Of a stretch of DNA of 64,000 nucleotides, positions 17,847 to 25,063 are shown piece after piece (the stretch's first letter is position 1; each line of letters starts with the position of its first letter). The notes under the pieces were generated by a model. The model was not told where the DNA came from, searched no databases, and saw only the letters and a list, made by a program, of their open reading frames with translations. A program made the position numbers and the translations under genes. This DNA is from an uncultured Barnesiella sp. (GTDB lineage Bacteria; Bacteroidota; Bacteroidia; Bacteroidales; Barnesiellaceae_A), in contig CALUJY010000001.1 in the NCBI GenBank assembly GCA_944321085.1, positions 28,671 through 92,670 on the forward strand. Reading direction: 5' to 3'.

Positions 17847-19490
17847 CTATATTTCTCGTAAGAAATCGACTAAATCTTCATCGGATGAAAGTCGTAAAGT
17901 CTTGCGCAAGCGGTAGCGTCCCATGTTGATAGACTTTAATTGGTTGCCTGTTAAAAACGAAATTTCATGTGTGGAGAAATTCATTCGTAGGAATACAGCT
18001 AGCTTCTTGTCGTTTTCGGTAATTTCGGGGAATCGTTTTTCCAGTCTCTCTACAAACGCCGCGTTCTCGTTATTTAATCGTTCGGAGTAGGGATTCTCCT
18101 TTGCCGGGAGCATGTTTTGGGTAATGAAACTGTTTACATTGCGTAGTTGCGCTTGCTGGTCGGCATCGGCATGCTTGTAGGATTGTCGTACCATAGCTCT
18201 TATTTTGGCAAGCAATCCGTTGAAACTGCAATAGAAGCGGTAGAAGTAATCAACTTGTGCCTCTAAATTCTTCATGTTGTTTTCGAGGGCGGTTATCTGC
18301 TCGCGTGCCTCGTCGGTTGTCGGGTACGGTATGGGTTCTGTGCCGTCGTTGCTGTCGGTTGCATGGTGGATGTTGCGGTGCCGGTAATATGCTGTGCCTC
18401 CGAGTGCTGCGGCAGTTATAAGCGCCAAGATAATGCTTATCCACATCCACACCTTGTAATCGTGCCAAAAGGTGTTGTCGGGTATGGTTTCTGTCGGATT
18501 GTCGTGTAGTGTGGCAACATGTGCGCGGCACCATCCGAGCAGTGAGTATATATACTGTTGGTGTGCGAATATCGATTGCATTTGTTGTCCCACGTACTTC
18601 GATTGCAGATTCTCGCGTTGTGCGGCGCAGCTATATGCCATGGGATAGTCTTTTTGAGCCGAATATATCTCGCCTTTTAGCTGGTAGCAGTCTATGAGAA
18701 CGTTTTGTTGCCCGTATAGCTCGGCATAAGATATCGACTTGTTGACCGCTTCGAGGGCTTGCGGATAATGTCTTGTACCGAAGTAGTAGCGTGAGAGAGC
18801 GAGGTGGTTGGAGGCATAGAGGATGGTAAATTCTTTTTCAAAAGAGAGTTTGATGCCTCTGTTGAGTAACTCGTATTTCACAGCGTCGTTTTTTTCAACG
18901 GCTTCCATGGATATGAGTATGATGCAATATAGCATATCGAGATGATGTGCTTCGGCGATGGACAGGGCTTCGCTGTAATATGATGATGCTTTGACACTGT
19001 TACCTTCGCGCTTGTGCAGGGTACCCAAGTTGCAGCATACTTTGGCGAATTCTTCGTAGTATTCGCTTTGTTTGTAGAAAGTGTAGGCGTTGAGAAAGAG
19101 CTTGCGCGACTTCTCGTTTTCTTTGCTGTAAAGGTATATGGCCGCTAATCCCGATTGTATGCTGTAAAATAGCGTTTCTTTATCGTCGGGGCAGTAGGCA
19201 GCAGCTTGCTCGAAGAGTCCGAGGCTGATGCTCCACTCGTCATTTTGAATGAGGAACCAACCGTATTGTGAAAGAGCCTCGGCGCAACAGTTTGCCATAT
19301 CGGGTTCGCCATTGGTATAAAGTCGTTGCAATATGTCTAATAGTTGATGAGCTGATTGTTCGTTACGCAACTCTTTCACGTTGAACAATGAATCGCGGAG
19401 GGTTGGCGTGACAGACTCGCCTTTGCATATTGTGGTGCAAAGGGAAAGGAGAAGCCCCAAAATTAATTTTATAGCAGCACAATTTCTCAA
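17847..19490 (-). CDS. membrane-spanning one-component regulator: signal peptide, extracytoplasmic TPR-like domain, one TM helix, coiled coil, C-terminal HTH
   Basis: N-terminal hydrophobic signal (aa 5-24). TPR-like helical repeats aa ~40-300. TM VWMWISIILALITAAALGGTAYY (aa 347-369, nt 18384-18452). Coiled-coil EQITALENNMKNLEAQVDYF. C-terminal ITENDKKLAVFLRMNFSTHEISFLTGNQLKSINMGRYRLRKTLRL is a LuxR/GerE-like HTH pattern (nt 17886-18020). Confidence 0.6.
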   Translation of the reverse strand: MRNCAAIKLILGLLLSLCTTICKGESVTPTLRDSLFNVKELRNEQSAHQLLDILQRLYTNGEPDMANCCAEALSQYGWFLIQNDEWSISLGLFEQAAAYCPDDKETLFYSIQSGLAAIYLYSKENEKSRKLFLNAYTFYKQSEYYEEFAKVCCNLGTLHKREGNSVKASSYYSEALSIAEAHHLDMLYCIILISMEAVEKNDAVKYELLNRGIKLSFEKEFTILYASNHLALSRYYFGTRHYPQALEAVNKSISYAELYGQQNVLIDCYQLKGEIYSAQKDYPMAYSCAAQRENLQSKYVGQQMQSIFAHQQYIYSLLGWCRAHVATLHDNPTETIPDNTFWHDYKVWMWISIILALITAAALGGTAYYRHRNIHHATDSNDGTEPIPYPTTDEAREQITALENNMKNLEAQVDYFYRFYCSFNGLLAKIRAMVRQSYKHADADQQAQLRNVNSFITQNMLPAKENPYSERLNNENAAFVERLEKRFPEITENDKKLAVFLRMNFSTHEISFLTGNQLKSINMGRYRLRKTLRLSSDEDLVDFLREI

Positions 19491-19625
19491 AATCGTGAAT
19501 GTTTTTTATGGCTGTTAGCAAGTAGCATGATTCATAGGGACTGTGGATACAAACGTACCGCACTGCCGCTCATATAGAAATAGTAGATGTTTTCCTATCG
19601 GAAACCACGCCGGATATTTCCATTG

Positions 19626-19633
19626 CAAAGTTA
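19626..19633 (-). promoter_or_regulatory. -7 box TAACTTTG upstream of the TPR/HTH regulator gene
   Basis: CAAAGTTA on the plus strand. No clean -33 TTTG at the expected spacing. Confidence 0.3.
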
Positions 19634-19661
19634 CTAAACTTTCGGTGCAATGTCAAGTTTC

Positions 19662-21515
19662 TTATTTCGGGGAGCCTGTTCTTCGTCTGGGCGATTTCTT
19701 TATAACCATTTCGCAATGCGCACAGTCGAAAAGGAGCATAAGGCGCGTGTTTCCGTTCGACAAGTAGAGGGGGCCTTGCAAGTGTTTCCCCTGCGGTGTA
19801 CGAAGACATGCACCCAAGTATCGTCGTATGCAATGCCGGGTGCGCATGAGCTCGGCATCGTCGATTTGCGCTATCTCGAACGCGGGTTCTATGTGAGAGG
19901 CACCATGTTCGGTATAAAAATCGCGGGCAGAGGCATTGGCTATGTTGGCACGATAGTCTAATGTCGGCGACAGTACACGCAGGCCGGCGCGTGCCGTATG
20001 CCGTTGAGGCGGCCGGTATGCCAACCGCCGGGCTCTCTGCAACCAAGCTATTGCCTCACGCCGCCACTCGGATAACTGTGATACCGGGATGAAATAGTCG
20101 CGCGAGGTCTCTATTATGACTTGTTCGGCTGTGAACGGAGTATTGCCCAACTTGGAAAGCTCTGCCTTGATGCGTTCGCGTTGCGGTGCGCGTGCCTCGA
20201 TTTTTGCCGCATCGCAGCGGTGTGTAACAACCCTGTTGCCATCGCTTATGTCTATGGCAAAACCTGTGGCAATTTCGTAAAAACGGAGGGTGACAGCGAT
20301 AGAGCGCCGTGCAGAGGGGTGGGCAAGTTCGGCCTCGAAGCCGGTATCGCTGTTGCGGAACAGTTGTATTCCCGGGGTGAGCTTTTGCGGTGTGGCGGCA
20401 TAGAGCTGCTTGCCATCGACGCGATTGAGTCTGAATCCGCTGAAATTACCGGCGTTGTCGATGTAGCAAAGCCCGTCGCCGTTATGCAGGGCGACAGTGC
20501 CGTCGTAGCGGAAGGTTCGTGCGTCTGTGACGGAGGTTATCTTACCCACCGGTTCGCCCAAGGATTTGGGTGTGGCAGCTTGTATGATGGGTTCATCGGG
20601 TTGGCGATGGAAGAAATAGGTGGTAAAGCCGCGGTTGAAGCTCTTGCGGGGGTCGGGTGTAAACGCTATTTCGGAAAAACCTTCTGAGGCGCGCCGGTAA
20701 TCGTCGGGACGACGCTCTAAGATGGCATCTATTTTGGCACGGTAGTATGCCGTGACGTTTTTTACGTATGCAGCCTCTTTGAGCCGACCCTCTATCTTGA
20801 ATGAGGAGATGCCGGCATCGAGAAGTTGTTCTATCGAGTTGCTCAAATTCAGGTCTTTGAGCGAGAGAAGGTGGCGGTCACGAGCCACTACCCGGCCGGT
20901 AGCATCGGTCAGGGTATAGGGCAGGCGGCAGCATTGGGCGCACTCGCCCCGGTTGGCACTTCGTCCCGCAATGGCTGCGCTCAGATAACACTGCCCGCTG
21001 TAACTAACGCACAGTGCGCCATGAATAAAGGCTTCGAGGGTTACATCGGTAGCGGCTGCTATGGCACGTATCTCGTCGAGAGAGAGTTCCCGCGCCAAAA
21101 CCACTTGCGAGAAGCCTGCATCGGCAAGAAACTGTACCTTCTCGGGCGTGCGATTGTCGCATTGTGTGCTGGCATGGAGGGCTATGGGAGGCAGGTTGAG
21201 CCGTAGCAACGACATGTCTTGCACAATGAGAGCGTCCACCTGCGCCCGATAGAGTTGCCATGCTATTTGCTCGGCTTCGGCCAGCTCTTTGTCGTAAAGG
21301 ATAGTGTTGAGAGCGGCATAAACGCGGGCGTTATATTGGTGGGCAAAGTCGCAGAGGCGGGCTATCTCGTCGACAGAGCAGCCTGCGGCAGCCCGTGCTC
21401 CGAAGCGTGGCGCGCCTATATACACGGCATCGGCTCCGTGCAGAATGGCTTCGCGTCCTATTGCGGCATCTTTTGCCGGCGACAACAACTCTATGGCTCG
21501 CGGCTTGTTGTTCAT
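19662..21515 (-). CDS. peptidase U32 family protein, long form (YdcP/RlhA size class)
   Basis: IELLSPAKDAAIGREAILHGADAVYIGAPRFGAR and the U32 signature EAFIHGALCVSYSGQCYLS. Start set to MNNKPRAIELL (ATG 21513-21515), which overlaps the metA stop as ATGA. The track ORF extends to 21590. Confidence 0.8.
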   Translation of the reverse strand: MNNKPRAIELLSPAKDAAIGREAILHGADAVYIGAPRFGARAAAGCSVDEIARLCDFAHQYNARVYAALNTILYDKELAEAEQIAWQLYRAQVDALIVQDMSLLRLNLPPIALHASTQCDNRTPEKVQFLADAGFSQVVLARELSLDEIRAIAAATDVTLEAFIHGALCVSYSGQCYLSAAIAGRSANRGECAQCCRLPYTLTDATGRVVARDRHLLSLKDLNLSNSIEQLLDAGISSFKIEGRLKEAAYVKNVTAYYRAKIDAILERRPDDYRRASEGFSEIAFTPDPRKSFNRGFTTYFFHRQPDEPIIQAATPKSLGEPVGKITSVTDARTFRYDGTVALHNGDGLCYIDNAGNFSGFRLNRVDGKQLYAATPQKLTPGIQLFRNSDTGFEAELAHPSARRSIAVTLRFYEIATGFAIDISDGNRVVTHRCDAAKIEARAPQRERIKAELSKLGNTPFTAEQVIIETSRDYFIPVSQLSEWRREAIAWLQRARRLAYRPPQRHTARAGLRVLSPTLDYRANIANASARDFYTEHGASHIEPAFEIAQIDDAELMRTRHCIRRYLGACLRTPQGKHLQGPLYLSNGNTRLMLLFDCAHCEMVIKKSPRRRTGSPK

Positions 21516-22417
21516 TCCACAGCGAGATTGGGGTTGCACACGAAAGCGTGCAGCCAGTTGGTGAAAAAGAGGTTGCCATGTGCCCGCCAACGTACAGTGG
21601 GAGGATTGTCGGGATTATCGTCGCGATAGTAATGGCATGGTATTGCGATGGGCAGGTTGCGCGACAGATCGCGTCGATATTCGGCATCGAGCGTGTCGGG
21701 CGCATATTCTGAGTGCCCCATTACGAAAAATTGAGCTCCGTTGCGAGCTTCTATGGCATGCAGGCCGCTTTCGTGCGAGGCTGATAGAATCGTGAGGTCA
21801 CGCACTTGTTCCACATCCTCCCGTCGCACCTCGCAATGGCGGCTTTGTGGTACGTAAAATATGGAGTCGAAGCCGCGGAAGAGCTTATGCGTGGGGTCGA
21901 GTACCTCGTGGGGAAAGACACCGAAGCATTTTTGCCGCAACATAGATTTGGGAACACCGTAGTAATAGTAAAGCCCTGCCACAGCGCCCCAGCAAAGGTA
22001 TAGCGTAGAGGTGACATGCGTGGGTATCCAATCGAATATTTCGGTAAGTTCGCTCCAATAGTCGACCTCTTCGAAGGGGAGATGCTCTATCGGAGCCCCG
22101 GTAATAATCATGCCGTCGTAATGCGACGATTTGACATTGGGGAAATGCTTGTAGAATTTTTCGATGTGTTCTGCCGAGGTGTTTTTAGATATATGTCCTT
22201 GTGGTACTATCCAGTCGATTTCTATCGACAGGGGCGAGTAAGAGAGTACGCGTAGCAGGTTGATTTCGGTGTCGATTTTCAGCGGCATGAGGTTGAGCAC
22301 CAAAAGGCGTACGGTTTTTGTCGCAGACAGAAACTCCGATGGTGCGTCTGTGAGGCTGATGTTTTCGCGTTGTAATGCTGCCGCAGCAGGGAACGACGAA
22401 GGTACTTTTACCGGCAT
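21512..22417 (-). CDS. metA: homoserine O-acyltransferase (MetA family)
   Basis: MPVKVPSSFPAAAALQRENI...LVLNLMPLKIDTE..LLRVLS...GAPIEHLPFEEVDYW..., the classic MetA pattern, at ~300 aa. Confidence 0.85.
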   Translation of the reverse strand: MPVKVPSSFPAAAALQRENISLTDAPSEFLSATKTVRLLVLNLMPLKIDTEINLLRVLSYSPLSIEIDWIVPQGHISKNTSAEHIEKFYKHFPNVKSSHYDGMIITGAPIEHLPFEEVDYWSELTEIFDWIPTHVTSTLYLCWGAVAGLYYYYGVPKSMLRQKCFGVFPHEVLDPTHKLFRGFDSIFYVPQSRHCEVRREDVEQVRDLTILSASHESGLHAIEARNGAQFFVMGHSEYAPDTLDAEYRRDLSRNLPIAIPCHYYRDDNPDNPPTVRWRAHGNLFFTNWLHAFVCNPNLAVE

Positions 22418-22428
22418 GGTAAATCTTG

Positions 22429-22878
22429 TTACTTGCGTTTATTCGTTTTTGAGGGTTGCGACGGGCGGCTCGCCTTCGGTCTTTTTGCATTGGAGACGTG
22501 TGAAGCCGATTGCGCCGTGCGGTGGGTCGGTCGGGCTGCCTGACCTGTTGTGCGACCGCTTGCCGTGTGTCGTCGTGCTTCGCCTCGGTTGCCCGACCGA
22601 TTTACGGAAGTTGTCGTCTCCTCGGTGTTTGTCGTTGCTCCTTTGGGCGGCCCCCAGCGGTGTTTCTTGGGACGGTTTTCGAGGGGTACGAAGTAGAGCG
22701 GTTCGCCGTCGATTCGTACTTTATCGTTGTCGCCGACGCGGTCGCCGGGCGTAGCAGTCACGTTGTTGATAGTGACACGACCGTCGGCAATGAGGCGGTC
22801 GGCTTCGCGACGCGAGCAAAAGCCGTGGTCGCTGATAAACTTATTGATGCGGATGCCTTGGTCTTTATTGTTGTCCAT
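22429..22878 (-). CDS. S4 RNA-binding domain protein with a long basic, low-complexity C-terminal tail
   Basis: IRINKFISDHGFCSRREADRLIADGRVTINN matches the S4 domain. The remaining ~85 aa are Arg/Lys/Pro/Thr/Ser-rich. No pseudouridine synthase catalytic domain is present. Confidence 0.7.
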   Translation of the reverse strand: MDNNKDQGIRINKFISDHGFCSRREADRLIADGRVTINNVTATPGDRVGDNDKVRIDGEPLYFVPLENRPKKHRWGPPKGATTNTEETTTSVNRSGNRGEARRHTASGRTTGQAARPTHRTAQSASHVSNAKRPKASRPSQPSKTNKRK

Positions 22879-22900
22879 AAGAGATGACGTTATAAAAAAT

Positions 22901-23737
22901 TTAACCCAGTTCTATTTGTTCGGCTACGATGTCGTCGTGTAAGAAGAGTGTCGCAGTCTCCATAAACTTGGCCGGCGACTCGGTTGTGAGGTAGGTGCAA
23001 CGTCCGTGGCGCGAACATACCGACTCTATCTCGGGATGGCGACGCAGATAGTCTTGCAGGCTTGCCGCTACCACATGTCCTTGCGATAGGAGGGCGATGT
23101 GCTTGGGCAGGCAGGCACGTATCTTGTCGAAAATAAGCGGGTAGTGCGTACAGCCGAGAATAACGGTATCGATAGAGTCGTTTTGAGCCAAAAGCGCGTC
23201 GATATATTTTGTTATAAAGAAATCGCATCCGGCATTGTGTGTCTCGTTGTTCTCTATGAGGGGCACCCACATGGGACAGGGTTGCCCGTAGAGATGATAT
23301 TCGGGGAATAATTTGGCAATCTCGGCCGTATATGAGCCGGAGAGTACGGTGCCCGGAGTTGCCAGCAAACCTATGTTGCCGCTGCGTGTCATGCTACCGA
23401 TGGCTTCTACCGTGGGGCGGATAACGCCCAGTACGCGCCGTGATGAGTCGATGTGCGGCAGGTCGCACTGTTGTATGGTGCGTAATGCCTTGGCCGATGC
23501 CGTGTTGCATGCCAATATTACGAGCCGGCATCCTCGGTCGAAAAGGTATTGTACGGCTTCTAAGGTGAAGCGATATACAATTTCGAACGACCGTGTACCG
23601 TAAGGGGCACGCGCGTTGTCGCCTACATATATGTAGTCGTAGTCGGGTAAAAGACGGCGAATCTCAGAGAGAATGGTCAGTCCGCCGTATCCGGAGTCGA
23701 AGACGCCTATCGGCGCAGGTGTAACGTGCGTTGACAT
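22901..23737 (-). CDS. murI: glutamate racemase
   Basis: IGVFDSGYGGLTIL...YVGDNARAPYG...ILACNTAS...LGCTHYP motifs. Start set to MSTHVTPAP (ATG 23735-23737) because the longer ORF (to 23803) would contain the skp terminator hairpin. Confidence 0.8.
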   Translation of the reverse strand: MSTHVTPAPIGVFDSGYGGLTILSEIRRLLPDYDYIYVGDNARAPYGTRSFEIVYRFTLEAVQYLFDRGCRLVILACNTASAKALRTIQQCDLPHIDSSRRVLGVIRPTVEAIGSMTRSGNIGLLATPGTVLSGSYTAEIAKLFPEYHLYGQPCPMWVPLIENNETHNAGCDFFITKYIDALLAQNDSIDTVILGCTHYPLIFDKIRACLPKHIALLSQGHVVAASLQDYLRRHPEIESVCSRHGRCTYLTTESPAKFMETATLFLHDDIVAEQIELG

Positions 23738-23751
23738 GGAAGCTGTTGTAC

Positions 23752-23784
23752 AAAAAACTGCGTCGGGGACTTTTCTCCCCGACA
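23752..23784 (-). terminator. intrinsic terminator after skp (upstream of murI)
   Basis: GTCGGGGA / TCCCCGAC perfect 8-bp stem, then TTTTTT on the minus strand (after a 4-nt GCAG spacer). Confidence 0.6.
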
Positions 23785-23819
23785 CAGCTCTATTCTTTGA
23801 CAAGTCTCGAAAGACACTC

Positions 23820-24329
23820 TTATTGTATGCCCAATTTGGCTTTTACAAGCGGCGTAATATCTTCGCTGCCAGTGCCTTGATAAAGCACTACGGGGTAGGT
23901 GAGGTCGAAGATATAAGTGTATTTACCCTCTTCGCCTACGGCCTTGATGGCATCCATCAATTTTTGTTGTATCGGGATGAAGAGCTCTTCTTGTTTCTTG
24001 GCTATGTCTTCTTGCGCCATAGTACGGAAGCTCTCTATGCGTTGTTGCGATTCTTGTACTTCTTGCAAGCGGCGCATTTTGATTGTTTCGGGGACGGTGT
24101 CGCCCAAAGCCTGCAATTCTTTATACTTGTTCTGAAATTCTTCTTGAACTTTGACGAACTCGTCTTCGTATTTCTTAGAGAGGTCTTGTAATTGTTGCTC
24201 GGCAGCTGCACGCTCGGGCATGGCAGCGATGACTTCGGCAGAATTGACAGTACCAAATTTGAAAGAAGTCTGTGCCATTAAGCTCATGGGCAGACAGCAC
24301 AAAACGGCAATGATTAATTTTTTGAACAT
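23820..24329 (-). CDS. OmpH/Skp family periplasmic chaperone
   Basis: Signal peptide, ~165 aa, Glu/Gln/Lys-rich coiled coil, located directly downstream of bamA. Confidence 0.8.
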   Translation of the reverse strand: MFKKLIIAVLCCLPMSLMAQTSFKFGTVNSAEVIAAMPERAAAEQQLQDLSKKYEDEFVKVQEEFQNKYKELQALGDTVPETIKMRRLQEVQESQQRIESFRTMAQEDIAKKQEELFIPIQQKLMDAIKAVGEEGKYTYIFDLTYPVVLYQGTGSEDITPLVKAKLGIQ

Positions 24330-24406
24330 GATATTTATTTTATTTGTTTATTTCATCTTTTATGCAGGCAGTTGCCTGTGTGCGAAGCAGGTGCAAAGAT
24401 AGATAT

Positions 24407-24922
24407 TTATTTGGAATATCCCAACTTTGCAAGTACCTCGTTGCTGATATCTGCCTTGGGCGAGGCAAAAATGATGTTACCCGAGGAGGCTCGGTCGATA
24501 ATCATCATGTAATTGCGCTCCTCGGCAATTTTCTTCACGGCGTTGTATATTTCGTCTTGAATGGGTTTCATGAGGCTTTCACGTTTTTTATACAGCTCGC
24601 CCTCCGGTCCAAAGTAACGACGGCGCAACTCTGCCACTTCTTGCTCTTTGGCTTGTACCTCGTCGGCGCGTTGGGTTTTCATTTCGTCGGTGAGGAATAC
24701 CAAGTCCGATTGGTAGTTTTTATACAGTGTCTCGGCCTCGGCAGCGAGGTCTTCGCACTCTTTCTGCCAACGTTTGGCTACTTGGTTAAGCTGTTCGTTG
24801 GCCATCTCATAGGCAGGTATATTTTTCAAGATGTATTCCATATCTATGAGTGCGTATTTTTGTGCCGAAGCGCCAGCTGCGTATATAGCCCATAGGCATG
24901 CTATTACAATAAGTCTTTTCAT
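24407..24922 (-). CDS. OmpH/Skp family periplasmic chaperone (second copy)
   Basis: MKRLIVIACLWAIYAAGASAQ signal, then a coiled-coil body. Start set to the internal Met (24920-24922). Confidence 0.75.
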   Translation of the reverse strand: MKRLIVIACLWAIYAAGASAQKYALIDMEYILKNIPAYEMANEQLNQVAKRWQKECEDLAAEAETLYKNYQSDLVFLTDEMKTQRADEVQAKEQEVAELRRRYFGPEGELYKKRESLMKPIQDEIYNAVKKIAEERNYMMIIDRASSGNIIFASPKADISNEVLAKLGYSK

Positions 24923-25063
24923 AATCTCCTTGTTAAAGGGTTTTACAATCATACAAATTTCTCACTGAGAGTGCACGTAAAGATAATTACTTGCCGCTCA
25001 ATATAGTGCAAGAGGAGCTATGTTTTTATAGCATTTAACATAACCCGTTCTCTTTTTTACACA

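Noticed and set aside
23738-23803. 22-codon N-terminal extension of murI.
   Set aside because: The extension would contain the skp terminator hairpin (23763-23784) and its T-run. The internal Met puts IGVFDSGYGG at the usual distance from the N-terminus.
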